IMG/VR virus record: IMGVR_UViG_3300021375_000013
Span: 35,765-99,764 of that record
DNA length: 64,000 nucleotides
From: a virus
Strand: one strand, 5' to 3'
Shown: positions 9,288-19,892 of the stretch, in pieces
How the letters are laid out: the number at the start of each line of letters is the position of its first letter
How positions within the stretch are numbered: the stretch's first letter is position 1
Position numbers and translations under genes: made by a program
The notes under the pieces: generated by a model
What the model saw: the letters and a program-made list of their open reading frames with translations, nothing else
Told to the model about the DNA's origin: nothing
The model's database searches: none

Positions 9288-11534
9288 ATGGCACAAAGTA
9301 GAGCTGATTTATTAAAAGAAATAAAATCTCTTCAATCTGAAATAAATAAGATTGAAGCTGCTGGTAGTGCCATTACTCAAGAGCAAATAAAACAAAGAAA
9401 AGACTTAAAAAAAGAAATAATATCTACTGCTAAAGAGCTTAAAAAAGTAAATGATACAAGACAACAATATTTTGCTGATGAAGAAGCTTCAATAAAATCA
9501 ATATCCAGTATTTATTCTGATTTTAAAACTAAACAAACTAATAATTTAAATTTAATAGCTAGTGGTCAAGACAAAAATGTAAAAAAATCTTTAGAAATTC
9601 TTAGTATAAATCGTGATATAGCAAATTTAAGTTCAGATGATGAACAACAACGATTACTATTAGTGGGTAAAAGAGATGATATAATGAATTCTCTTGATAA
9701 ACGAAGTAAAAGTTTAATAGCTAGTTTAAAAGAAGAAAATGCAATAGCAAATAGTTTATCAAACCTGTCTGAAGAAGAAGAAGCATCTCTTGAAAGACAA
9801 AAAGCAGCACAAGAAGCATTAAAATCTTCAATGCAAGCTATAACAGAAACTGCTGAAACATTTGTTACTAATCTAAAAAGTGCAGAAGGTATAACTGGAT
9901 TACTACTAATAGGTGGTGGAAAGTTTTTTGGTAAACTATCCGAAGTAAATAAAGAATTAGGGCAAGTTGGTGAAGGTTTAAGTGGGGCAGCTGGTAGTGC
10001 AACTGTATTAAGTTTTGCATTTGGTGATTCTGCAGAAACTCTAAAATCATTATCTGCCGAAATGGGTGGATTAGAAGATGCTACATTTGGAGCACAACTT
10101 CAAACTAACTTAATGGCTAATAATTTAGGTATTAGTGGTACTGAAGCAGCAACATTAAGTGGTTCTTTAGCTAGGTTAAATGGTGGTTCATTAGAAACTG
10201 CTGGTAATCTCGCAGCAGGTACTAGAGAATTCGCTAAAATGAATAACATACCAGTTTCTCAATTAATGGGTGATGTAGCTGGTTCAGCTGAAGAATTTGC
10301 TCTATTTGGTAAAGATGGTGGTAAAAATATATTAGAAGCAGCTGGTTATGCTGCTAAACTTGGTACTAATATGAGTACCATTAGTGGTATTGCTGATAAT
10401 CTCTTAGATTTTGAAAACTCTATAAACAAAGAATTGGAGTTAGGTGCAATGCTCGGTAAAAATATCAATTTAGATAGAGCTAGGTCATTAGCTATGCAAG
10501 GGGATTTAACAGGTGCTACTGAAGAAACATTAAGAGCTTTAGGTGGAGTTGAATCTTTCAATAAAATGGATTACTTCCAAAAGAAAGCAACAGCTGATTT
10601 ATTAGGAGTATCGGTTGCAGAACTTGGAAAGATGGCAGCAAACCAAGAAAAAGCACAAAATATATCTAAGTTAATGAGTGGGGATTTCTCTAACATAGGA
10701 GAATCTCTAAAAGCAGTAGTTTCTCAAGCAGGCCCAAAACTTTTAGATTGGGGTGGTAAGTTTTTAACACTATCTGCCCAAGCTGGTCAATCTTGGAGTG
10801 GTATAACCACTGTAGTGGGTGGGATTAGTAAGAAATTCAAAGGACTTGGTGGAGCCGCAGCTGGAGGAGGACCTTTAACTAAAGCTGGTAAACCTGATAT
10901 GAGATTCGGCGCTAATAAAGGTGGTGGATTAGCAAAAGCCTCTAAAGGTGGTGGAATTGGTGGAATGATGAAAGGTATGGGAGCTGGACTCAAAGGATTG
11001 GCAAAAGGTATTGGAGCATTTGCTTCCCCACAAGCCATAGTAGGATTAGTTGCAGTAACTGGAGCAATTATTGGTATTGGATTCGCACTTAAAGTAGCAG
11101 CACCTGGTATTAAAGCATTTGGTGAAGCTATTGGTAACATTGTAGTATCAGTAGGTACAGCCGTTGCAAAAGTATTTGGTGGATTGGGAGATTTCTTTGG
11201 AAAGATAGCACAAGTAGCAACCCCAGAACTAGCATTATCCGTATTAGGATTAGCTGGTGGATTTGCTGCACTAACCGCATCTTTAGTAGGATTCTCAGTT
11301 GCTGGTATAGCAGCAATTCCAGCAATGATGGCTGTTTCAGCATTTGGAGCCGCAAGTTCCTTATTAGGTTTAGGTGGTGATGCTGGTGGAGGAGCTGAAG
11401 AAACCCCAGCTTGGGTAGAAGAATTAAAAACAACATTTAGAGAAACAAAGGATGTTTATATAGATGGCGGAAAAGTTACATCAGCGATAGCAAGTAGAGT
11501 AAATAAGATAGGAAGTAATTCATACTCAATATAA
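9288..11534 (+). CDS. Tape measure protein
   Basis: Coiled-coil N-terminus, Ala/Gly-rich helical body (LLDFENSI..ELE...LGK.INLDRAR), hydrophobic C-terminal segments, C-terminal VYIDGGKV; canonical position. Confidence 0.85.
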   Translation: MAQSRADLLKEIKSLQSEINKIEAAGSAITQEQIKQRKDLKKEIISTAKELKKVNDTRQQYFADEEASIKSISSIYSDFKTKQTNNLNLIASGQDKNVKKSLEILSINRDIANLSSDDEQQRLLLVGKRDDIMNSLDKRSKSLIASLKEENAIANSLSNLSEEEEASLERQKAAQEALKSSMQAITETAETFVTNLKSAEGITGLLLIGGGKFFGKLSEVNKELGQVGEGLSGAAGSATVLSFAFGDSAETLKSLSAEMGGLEDATFGAQLQTNLMANNLGISGTEAATLSGSLARLNGGSLETAGNLAAGTREFAKMNNIPVSQLMGDVAGSAEEFALFGKDGGKNILEAAGYAAKLGTNMSTISGIADNLLDFENSINKELELGAMLGKNINLDRARSLAMQGDLTGATEETLRALGGVESFNKMDYFQKKATADLLGVSVAELGKMAANQEKAQNISKLMSGDFSNIGESLKAVVSQAGPKLLDWGGKFLTLSAQAGQSWSGITTVVGGISKKFKGLGGAAAGGGPLTKAGKPDMRFGANKGGGLAKASKGGGIGGMMKGMGAGLKGLAKGIGAFASPQAIVGLVAVTGAIIGIGFALKVAAPGIKAFGEAIGNIVVSVGTAVAKVFGGLGDFFGKIAQVATPELALSVLGLAGGFAALTASLVGFSVAGIAAIPAMMAVSAFGAASSLLGLGGDAGGGAEETPAWVEELKTTFRETKDVYIDGGKVTSAIASRVNKIGSNSYSI

Positions 11535-11540
11535 TATATT

Positions 11541-13352
11541 ATGCCAACATTAGAAGAATTATTTAAAAGTAAACAACTCCCTTCACAAGGTGGTAAAACC
11601 GCTGAAGAAGCATACGCTATACGAAACTCAAAGGATATTCGTATTTCAGCAGCTGACCCATTTGTGAATACAGTTGGTATGTCTTTAGCTAGATTAGCTA
11701 GAAAAAATTTAGGAGCTAAAGGAAGTGAAACTCTTTTAGAAGAAGAAGTAACAGGAGCTAGATTAATAAGAACGGCATCAATGCCATTTATATATGGTAG
11801 TGAATTACCAAGATTAACACTTAGAACTACTACACTTTTGGATACAATGAGAGCAGCAACTGGTGGTGATGATGGTGGTGGTGGTCCATTGGGTAATCTT
11901 ATCAAAAAAGGTAGAGATGCAGTACTTAATAGTAAATTCTTAGGAATTCCACAAACAATAATACCAACCAAAGTAGCAACTAATAAACTGATTAAAGAAA
12001 TGTTAGCTGGTACTAGTGATAGTGCAGATAGTGGTCAAATTCAAAAAAATTATCTACAAACTTTAAAATCTGTAAAAGAAGCTGGTGAAGGTAAACCATT
12101 AGGACAGTTCTTAAAAGGTTTAGGTGGTGGTAATATAAAAGATATCGGTAAACAGGCATTAGGTAGTGCACTAAAATTAGGAAAGGATAAATTAAGAGGA
12201 GCATTATTTGGCGGAGCTCCTACAACTGGATTCAATGGGGCATCATTAGCGGGTTTAAAAAATACAACAACAAATTATGGTAGTATTTCTGTTCCTGGTG
12301 AAATCAATAGAACAGCTGATAATAATGGTGTAATAGATGTTGGAGGTTTAATGTATTCTAAGACATTTGATTTAAAATTACCACCAGCAGTAGAATTCCC
12401 AATGTGGGGTGTTACTTTAGATGGAGTTAACTCAAAGGGTACAGATACAAGAGTTGGTTTAGATAAAAATAAACAAATTGACCCTACATTAACTGATAAA
12501 CTAGATTTTGTTGATATATCAGATGAAGGTGGTTTGGGTGGAAGATATTCAAAAGCTCTAACTGATTTAGATATTCCAAATAAAATATTATTTAGTTCAA
12601 ATCCTGATAGAAAGGGTAAATCATTTGCAAGTAAGATTAAATCACCAATATCAAAAAATGATTTTGTAGAAAAGAAAAGAGGGATGAATCAGATATCTGA
12701 TATTATAAATAGTACCAATATCTTTGAAGGTGAAACTCTTACATTAGGTGATGGAGTAACAACCTTAGATGATAAAGATTTTGTACCATTGAAGTTTACT
12801 TCAGTACATAGGAATAAAACTGTACAATTTAGAGCAACATTAAGTGGGTTAAGTGAAACACTTTCTCCATCTTGGGATTCTCATAAGTTTATTGGTTCAC
12901 CATTCAGTAATTACACATATAGTGGAATAGAAAGAAGTGTAACTTTTAATTTTAAAGTTTATTCATTAAATGCAGAAGAACACAAAATTGGATGGGATAA
13001 AATTAATTTTTTAAATTCATTAGTATTCCCACAAGGGTATTATGATTCATCTGCAGTAGTTCCACCATTTATTAGATTAACAATTGGTGATTTATATAAA
13101 GGTAAATTATCATTTATAGAATCTTTATCACATACATGGGATGATAATACTCCTTGGAATGTAACTAATAAAGAAAGAAAAGTATTATCAAACGAAGCAG
13201 GAGTTATAACAGGTACTTCTGAAAAGGATATAGATATGAAAGGATATCGATTACCAATGATTACTGATGTATCAATGACTGTTAAATTTTTAATAGGTAG
13301 AAATAATACATCAGGTAGAAAATTCTATTCATTTGAACCTCAAAGTAAATAA
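11541..13352 (+). CDS. Baseplate / tail-tube initiator-like protein
   Basis: C-terminal FRATLSGLSETLSPSW...Y.Y..IERSV.F.FKV...PPFIRLTIGDLY tube-initiator-like domain; follows the tape measure. Confidence 0.6.
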   Translation: MPTLEELFKSKQLPSQGGKTAEEAYAIRNSKDIRISAADPFVNTVGMSLARLARKNLGAKGSETLLEEEVTGARLIRTASMPFIYGSELPRLTLRTTTLLDTMRAATGGDDGGGGPLGNLIKKGRDAVLNSKFLGIPQTIIPTKVATNKLIKEMLAGTSDSADSGQIQKNYLQTLKSVKEAGEGKPLGQFLKGLGGGNIKDIGKQALGSALKLGKDKLRGALFGGAPTTGFNGASLAGLKNTTTNYGSISVPGEINRTADNNGVIDVGGLMYSKTFDLKLPPAVEFPMWGVTLDGVNSKGTDTRVGLDKNKQIDPTLTDKLDFVDISDEGGLGGRYSKALTDLDIPNKILFSSNPDRKGKSFASKIKSPISKNDFVEKKRGMNQISDIINSTNIFEGETLTLGDGVTTLDDKDFVPLKFTSVHRNKTVQFRATLSGLSETLSPSWDSHKFIGSPFSNYTYSGIERSVTFNFKVYSLNAEEHKIGWDKINFLNSLVFPQGYYDSSAVVPPFIRLTIGDLYKGKLSFIESLSHTWDDNTPWNVTNKERKVLSNEAGVITGTSEKDIDMKGYRLPMITDVSMTVKFLIGRNNTSGRKFYSFEPQSK

Positions 13353-13355
13353 TAG

Positions 13356-13646
13356 ATGGCAAGTAGATACGAAAATAACGAAAGTAAAAAATTAAATGAT
13401 GGTAGGACTGTATATCGTTCTAAGATATATCCTAAAATACCATTAAGAGATGATGATGTTTATGTAGCATCTGAAACTGGTGATAGATTAGATACCTTAG
13501 CATATCAGTACTATGAAGATTCATCACTTTGGTGGATTATAGCAGCTGCAAATAATATACATAATGCTCCATTTGGTTTGAAAGATGGTACAATTTTAAG
13601 AATACCACAAAACTATATTGAAATATTAGTAAACTTTAGTGAATAA
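13356..13646 (+). CDS. LysM-containing baseplate wedge protein (gp53-like)
   Basis: GDRLDTLAYQYYEDSSLWWIIAAAN...G..LRIP. Confidence 0.8.
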   Translation: MASRYENNESKKLNDGRTVYRSKIYPKIPLRDDDVYVASETGDRLDTLAYQYYEDSSLWWIIAAANNIHNAPFGLKDGTILRIPQNYIEILVNFSE

Positions 13647-13651
13647 CAGTT

Positions 13652-15958
13652 ATGGGAACATTTCCAAAATTTTCAAATATTGCGGGATATGCTACAAAAA
13701 CCTTAGAAAGTAGAAAACGTAGTGTATATAACGTATCTAAGTTAAATGCTTGGGTAAGAGTAACATCTGCCGTTTCTGGTAATAAGGGGGATGGATTAAC
13801 AATAGTATCTAATCCAAATTTTAAATTATTTGGAGCTGCTGGTGTTTCTTCTATTTATGGAATTAATAAACAAAGTGGTACTATTGGTGAAACTTGGGGA
13901 GGTTCCCCAATAAATCCATCGGAGGGGCAAGGTTATAAACCTTCTCCAATTATTGAATCTATTGAAATAGATGAGGGAGCTGGTAATTTAAGTAGAAAAG
14001 CTAATTTTACAATTAAATGTTTTTCTAAAGACCAAATGGAATTAATAACTGAATATTTCCAAGAACCAGGATTTACTGTATTTTTAGAATGGGGATGGAA
14101 TACTCCAGAATCTATGAAAGGTTTGGTAAAAAAATTAAATGCAACTGAAATAGCTAATTTTCAAAATTTTAAAAATCTTACAAGTAGAAGAGAAGCATCT
14201 AAAGGACAATATGATAACTATTTAGGATTTATAACTGGTGGTGGAATAGCAACCGAAGGTGAAAATTGGACTGTTGAAGTAAAATGTACAGGTTTTACGG
14301 AATTACCAGCTTATTTGGTAAATGGTGATAACGCTGGTGATGATTCTGATAAAAGTGCTAAAAAAGAACCTGATTATAAAAATTTAAGTGATGAAACTGA
14401 TTTAAATGTAAAACGATGGATGTTTGCGTTCAATGCACTACCATCTAATAGAAAAACTGCAGAAATTAAAGCATTGGGTTCTAAAAATGATGATTCCCTT
14501 AGAAAGATACCAATGGCACAGGCAGTTAATTATGTAAACTTTGATGAAACTATTGCTGATGCATTAAACAACAAAGCAGATGGAACGGCTATTGGTAGGC
14601 TCTTTGGTTGGGGTGGTGCAAAGGAAAAAGGTAATGATGGAAAAGAACGTATAGATATACCAGGAGGTACTAAGATAGTTGGTGGTGAAAAGTTTATAAG
14701 ATTTGGTACTCTTATGAAGATAATGAACCAAATGATTATAAAGGGTTTAAAAATTGGTAAGAAAGTGGTTTCTATGGAAATTCATTCAGAGCATACCATA
14801 TGTTCAGCGTATCCAAATATATTTAGTACTGATAAAAGTAAGTTGTTAATACCAAATGTAAACACACCAAAATTTAGTTTTCTTGATGCTAAAAACAATG
14901 AACAAGCATTAGAAGTTATACCATCTGATTTTGAAGATTGTTCAATAGAATATGGTGGTGTAAAAATACAATTTCCTTTTGAAAATCCTATTATTGGTGG
15001 TTCTGTTCAAGTTGGTGGTAATTTTTATGATTTACAATATAAAGATGGAACCACACCATCTAGTGAATGTATAGATAAAGATAAAGGAGAATGGGGATTT
15101 TTAGATGACTTGTATGTAAACTTCGATTTCGCATCGGGTATTATGGGAACAAGTAACTTTACAGTAAAGGATGCTTTATATCAAATCTTAAATGGAATGT
15201 CATCAGCTGTGAATGATTTATGGAATTTTCAGATAATGGAAACAACTTTGGAAAATGATAGAGGAAACCTAAAAAAAGGAGACCAAATAATTACCATACA
15301 AGAAACTAACTTTACATATAAACCAAAAGTAAATCCATATACATTTAATCTAATAGGTAGTGATTCTATTTTTAAAGATGCATCTTTAAATTTAGATATG
15401 AGTGCTGCTAAGATGAATCAAGTTATTGGTACAAGATTAGGAAAAAAGATTAATGGTGAAACTCAACCACTTTTTGGTAGGTTAGATTCGGGTAAGATTA
15501 CCGATTTAGTTTTAAAGGAAATCGAATCTAAAAAAGAATCACCACCACCACCTAAAGGTGGAGAAGAAACCGATGAAGAACTAAAAGAAAAGAATTATGC
15601 TAATTTTTTGGGTAAGATAGGTACATATCCAAAAGTACAATTTGAAAAAAAGGATATAAAAGATAAGTTTGTTGTACAAGAAAAAACTTATGCATCTGTT
15701 TATGATGATAAACAATTACTAAAAATGGCTAAATCTGAAGCAGATAGGAAATCAAATGTATCTATTTTGTTACCAATTAATTTTACATTTACTGTATATG
15801 GTGTTAGTGGTATTAAGAGAGGAGATAGGTTTAGAGTAAAGGGTATTCCTGCAAAATACGAAACGCAAGGATTTTTCCAAGTTTTAGGTGTAAAACATAC
15901 TATTCAAGGAATGGAATGGACTACTGAAGTTGAAGGTGGATTTAGAAACAATACATAA
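13652..15958 (+). CDS. Baseplate hub-like structural protein
   Basis: PGFTVFLEWGW, YDNYLGFI, C-terminal T.YGVSGIK.GD.F.V..IP.KY...FFQV..VKHTI...W.T; position in the baseplate module. Confidence 0.6.
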   Translation: MGTFPKFSNIAGYATKTLESRKRSVYNVSKLNAWVRVTSAVSGNKGDGLTIVSNPNFKLFGAAGVSSIYGINKQSGTIGETWGGSPINPSEGQGYKPSPIIESIEIDEGAGNLSRKANFTIKCFSKDQMELITEYFQEPGFTVFLEWGWNTPESMKGLVKKLNATEIANFQNFKNLTSRREASKGQYDNYLGFITGGGIATEGENWTVEVKCTGFTELPAYLVNGDNAGDDSDKSAKKEPDYKNLSDETDLNVKRWMFAFNALPSNRKTAEIKALGSKNDDSLRKIPMAQAVNYVNFDETIADALNNKADGTAIGRLFGWGGAKEKGNDGKERIDIPGGTKIVGGEKFIRFGTLMKIMNQMIIKGLKIGKKVVSMEIHSEHTICSAYPNIFSTDKSKLLIPNVNTPKFSFLDAKNNEQALEVIPSDFEDCSIEYGGVKIQFPFENPIIGGSVQVGGNFYDLQYKDGTTPSSECIDKDKGEWGFLDDLYVNFDFASGIMGTSNFTVKDALYQILNGMSSAVNDLWNFQIMETTLENDRGNLKKGDQIITIQETNFTYKPKVNPYTFNLIGSDSIFKDASLNLDMSAAKMNQVIGTRLGKKINGETQPLFGRLDSGKITDLVLKEIESKKESPPPPKGGEETDEELKEKNYANFLGKIGTYPKVQFEKKDIKDKFVVQEKTYASVYDDKQLLKMAKSEADRKSNVSILLPINFTFTVYGVSGIKRGDRFRVKGIPAKYETQGFFQVLGVKHTIQGMEWTTEVEGGFRNNT

Positions 15959-16308
15959 TGGATAACGATAGATATAAAGAAATAGCAAGTGCACAATCTT
16001 ATATTATTGGAGATGTAACAGCATTTGTTCCAACTATAACCGATAGACAATATCAGAGAGGATATATTGAAAGATGTTTTGTACAAAAAGCTAACGATTC
16101 CTCATCTAATATATTTGAAGTTTCAGTAAGTGAAATTAATCGATATAAAGGTAATCCTTTTTATATTCAGACAAAATTAGATTGGAGAATAACTGGAGAC
16201 CCTATTGAAGTAAAGAAATCTAACTCAATATCTCTACAATTAGCATCTGAGGATATCCCTAAGATTGCATTGTACTTACCAAACCTTTTACAATTTCATA
16301 AAAAATAA
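15958..16308 (+). CDS. Conserved phage baseplate-region hypothetical protein
   Basis: P..T...Y.RGYI.R.FVQK.N...W.ITG pattern; coupled to the upstream gene (TAATG). Confidence 0.55.
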   Translation: MDNDRYKEIASAQSYIIGDVTAFVPTITDRQYQRGYIERCFVQKANDSSSNIFEVSVSEINRYKGNPFYIQTKLDWRITGDPIEVKKSNSISLQLASEDIPKIALYLPNLLQFHKK

Positions 16309-16340
16309 TTTGGATATTACAAATATTTTTCTTATATTTG
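16309..16340 (+). promoter_or_regulatory. Bacteroidota-type sigma-A promoter (-33/-7)
   Basis: TTTG-N20-TATATTTG matches the TTTG / TAnnTTTG consensus. Confidence 0.8.
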
Positions 16341-16344
16341 TTAG

Positions 16345-17628
16345 ATGATTGTAGTAGAATCTAATAAAGAGAAAGAGAATTTTATGCAAATGTGGGAAAA
16401 TAATCCCTCAATTGTAATTCCTATATGGTCTGATTTGGATAAACATCCAATGAACAACGAACTTGCTTTCTTATTCGTAAGGATGGGAAAAACTGACTTT
16501 ATTCTCATATATAATCATATTGATGGAAAATCCCATCATTTAGACCTTTCTAAATCTACACAACCAAAGTGGGTATGGAATAAGAAAGGATTATTACAAA
16601 CTGGTACAAATATACAAAATATTTTTGATATATCCAACTATTACTTCTTTGAAAAGAATCAAACTATACCCGATGAGGTACAAAATCAACCATTTATATC
16701 ACATTATACCCGAATGGGTATAAGAGATGGTTTAGGAAAGATAGCACCTTTAATGAAGTGGGGAGAGTACTTAAAATCATTTGTTGACAATATAAGTAGT
16801 ACTATTCCTCCTCCCGATTTATCTCCTAAAAGTTGGATTGATAATACAATGATTCCTCTTTTATCTCAGATTGAACGATATGGGGTTCGGGTCGAAGGGG
16901 GAAAATTTTTTGATAGATATCCACAAGCCACTAAACATTTAAACAACAATATCGTATATACCGAATATAACCCATATACGATTACATCCCGTCCTTCCAA
17001 CCGATTTGGGGGAATCAACTTCTCTGCTTTAAATAAAAAGGATGGAACTAGAGAAGTATTTATTCCCAAAGATGGGCACATATTCCTACAAATGGATTAT
17101 GATGCCTATCACCCCCGAATCATAGGTAAGTTGATTGATTACGATTTACCCGATACTTCGGTTCACCAATGGTTAGCGGACCAATATGGAGTTCCTTATG
17201 ATGAATCCAAAGGAATTACCTTCCAATTACTTTATGGTGGGATACCTGAAGAGTTTGATTCTATTCCTTATTATAAGAAGGTTAGAGAGTACATCGATGA
17301 AATGTGGAGTAAGGCATCAAAAGTGGGTTATGTATCCACAAACAATAGAAATATCCCTTTAAAATACATAGAACAATCGAATCCTCAAAAAGTATTCAAC
17401 TATTTACTACAAGCAACTGAAACTGAGTTAAATATGGATACAATGAGGAAAGTGTTGGAGTTTATTCAACAAACCGATATTGAGTTGAGTTTATACACTT
17501 ATGATTCATTCTTATTCTCTTATCCATTAGATACTCCTAAAGAACATGCTCTTAAATTAAAAGAAATTGTAGAAAGTAATGGGTTTCCTATAAAAGCTAG
17601 TTGGGGAACGGATTACTCAAAACTTTAA
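16345..17628 (+). CDS. Divergent short family A DNA polymerase-like protein
   Basis: TSRPSN..GGINF..LNK...R, motif A MDYDAYHPR, motif B SKGITFQLLYG, NYLLQATE, motif C LYTYDSFLF. Confidence 0.8.
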   Translation: MIVVESNKEKENFMQMWENNPSIVIPIWSDLDKHPMNNELAFLFVRMGKTDFILIYNHIDGKSHHLDLSKSTQPKWVWNKKGLLQTGTNIQNIFDISNYYFFEKNQTIPDEVQNQPFISHYTRMGIRDGLGKIAPLMKWGEYLKSFVDNISSTIPPPDLSPKSWIDNTMIPLLSQIERYGVRVEGGKFFDRYPQATKHLNNNIVYTEYNPYTITSRPSNRFGGINFSALNKKDGTREVFIPKDGHIFLQMDYDAYHPRIIGKLIDYDLPDTSVHQWLADQYGVPYDESKGITFQLLYGGIPEEFDSIPYYKKVREYIDEMWSKASKVGYVSTNNRNIPLKYIEQSNPQKVFNYLLQATETELNMDTMRKVLEFIQQTDIELSLYTYDSFLFSYPLDTPKEHALKLKEIVESNGFPIKASWGTDYSKL

Positions 17629-17655
17629 TATTTATAGGATATAGGAAGAGTTACT

Positions 17656-19830
17656 ATGAACAAATACGAATTTTTTACTGAATTATTATCTGAGTTATCT
17701 TATCGTTCTAATGAAGGGTATCCTATCTTAGATAATAGAGAGCACATTTCTATCTTATCTGAAATCTTAGATGAGTGGGGATATACTGAAATGAAAAACG
17801 AATTAATTGGAAATCTTTTAGAAGCAGAGGAAAAATTCTATGCTATAAGTAAAAAGAGTGGACAAGTTGTTGATTTTGATTCTGAAGAAAATAGAGATGC
17901 GGCAATAGAAGCTGGTACTCATGAAAAGAGAAAAGAAGATTCTGAAGAAGATGATTCTAAAGAAAAGAAAAAAAGTATATTTTCTAAAGATACTGGATAT
18001 TCAGCACCTGATTTAGAAAAAAATAAGCGTAATACAAAAAGTAGAGTACTTCCCAAAGAAATTGATAGTACCGAAATGGGGAAAGTTGTATCAGAAACTG
18101 GAGATACTGATGTTAAAAACACAATGCTTGATGTAGGGTATGGTGGATATGAAAAGAAAACAGGTTCAAAACCAGCTCCCGGTGGGCCTGGTTCTGCATT
18201 TAATGAAATAGTTTCTGGTGAGTTAGTTCTCATATTAGAAAAATACCCTGATATGACTGAAGATGAATTAGCAGACTATTCTCACAAAAGATTTGGAAAT
18301 ACTAAATTAGGTAAAGAACAAAAAGATACTTCTGGTCTTGTAAAAAATCCTGATATAGAAAAACGAAGAGAAGAGGCTAAAGGAACAGGAACACATACCA
18401 AACCAGAATTTCCAGAACAACATAAGCAAGTTATGAAGGAAAGAGCAGCATACTCCAAATCTAGAGTTGCGGCAGCTTCTGCTATAAAAAAACATAAAAA
18501 TACTCAAAAAAGAATTAAAAATCTTCAATCAAATAAATTATTTGGTAAAAAAGCAAAAACATATCCTTTCTATGGAGCTGGTGCTAGTATAGATGCTCAA
18601 GTTGATATGGTAAACAACGCAAAAGGAAAAGTTTACTTACCAAATGGAACTGAGGTTGATAAAAATGATTTAATTGAATTCATAAAAGCTGGTGGTGGTG
18701 GAATGAATCCATCTGATACTGCAACTTTCGTAACTGATGAAAATGGAAATTTATTAGTACAATTTCATAGTGATAAAACCACAACAAATGATATTCAAGA
18801 TAATTCTACACTAGCAAATGAAAAATCTAACTATGATTCATATATTGATAAATCTTCATTATCTGATGAATATAAGGTAGAATGTAAAAAAATAAACAAA
18901 GAATATGCTGATAGAATGAGTTCAATTGAGGAAAAGTATAATCAACAATCAGTTCCCATAGCAACTAACTTATTAAAATTAGATAAATCTAAGATAGAGA
19001 AAATCATAGATGAGGATAAGGGTACTATGGTACAAAATATGAACGATGCAATTTATGGTGAAACGGCACGTAAAGCTGGTAATTTTTCCAAAATAAATAA
19101 GAAATGGGATAAATATTTACCAGATGGTGTAAAGCCGGAGGACTTAACAAATATTCAAAAATCCGAAATGATAAATAAATTTGTTGCAGATGGTGGTAAG
19201 TTAAATGCCTCTATGGTTAAATCAATTAATAAAGTTGCATTACAATATCAAAAAGAAAATCCTGATACACTTGGATTGGATGTAAAGAAATTATTATCCG
19301 AACAAAGAACAGAAGTTGTAGAAATGCAAAGAGAACGGATTCGTACAATGAACAACTTTAAAGTTGATGTAGATGGTGAGAGTGTTGGGGCAGGTACTTT
19401 AATGGAAGCTGAAGAAAATATTAGAGGATTTCATTTAACTATGATGGATTATCCACCTAAAGCATATGTAAAAGGAGACCCATCATCAATAACTGGTGCT
19501 TCTCTTGATGTAAATATGGGTGGTGTTGAAGTAAATGGTGAAGTTCTAAGGGAATGTTTGGATGTAAAAGATACAACAGAATTTAAACAAAAATTTAAGT
19601 TAATAGAAGAAGAAGAGTTAACATATGATTCAGACGATAGAGATGAACAAGGTAATCGTACGGGTAATGTAACCGGTAAAAAGGTATTCACATATATAGT
19701 TGATACTAAAGGTGGAAGAAAAGAACTTGGCTTCAAATCTTATAGAAGTAAAGAAGGTGCTTCTGGAAAGACAAATAATACAATGACTTACTCAACTGAA
19801 ATGCAAAAGTGTTTTAAATCCAAATCTTAA
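17656..19830 (+). CDS. Large hypothetical protein, probably head-internal; possible PD-(D/E)xK-like nuclease domain
   Basis: Preceded by ATATTTATA; leader with LxE sites (LSE, LDE, LLE); internal FNE...NPSD...FHSDK pattern. Confidence 0.4.
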   Translation: MNKYEFFTELLSELSYRSNEGYPILDNREHISILSEILDEWGYTEMKNELIGNLLEAEEKFYAISKKSGQVVDFDSEENRDAAIEAGTHEKRKEDSEEDDSKEKKKSIFSKDTGYSAPDLEKNKRNTKSRVLPKEIDSTEMGKVVSETGDTDVKNTMLDVGYGGYEKKTGSKPAPGGPGSAFNEIVSGELVLILEKYPDMTEDELADYSHKRFGNTKLGKEQKDTSGLVKNPDIEKRREEAKGTGTHTKPEFPEQHKQVMKERAAYSKSRVAAASAIKKHKNTQKRIKNLQSNKLFGKKAKTYPFYGAGASIDAQVDMVNNAKGKVYLPNGTEVDKNDLIEFIKAGGGGMNPSDTATFVTDENGNLLVQFHSDKTTTNDIQDNSTLANEKSNYDSYIDKSSLSDEYKVECKKINKEYADRMSSIEEKYNQQSVPIATNLLKLDKSKIEKIIDEDKGTMVQNMNDAIYGETARKAGNFSKINKKWDKYLPDGVKPEDLTNIQKSEMINKFVADGGKLNASMVKSINKVALQYQKENPDTLGLDVKKLLSEQRTEVVEMQRERIRTMNNFKVDVDGESVGAGTLMEAEENIRGFHLTMMDYPPKAYVKGDPSSITGASLDVNMGGVEVNGEVLRECLDVKDTTEFKQKFKLIEEEELTYDSDDRDEQGNRTGNVTGKKVFTYIVDTKGGRKELGFKSYRSKEGASGKTNNTMTYSTEMQKCFKSKS

Positions 19831-19892
19831 ATAATCATTCTAAAAATATTATTTAATATTTATAGGTGATTGATTAATACAGAAAAAAATTT

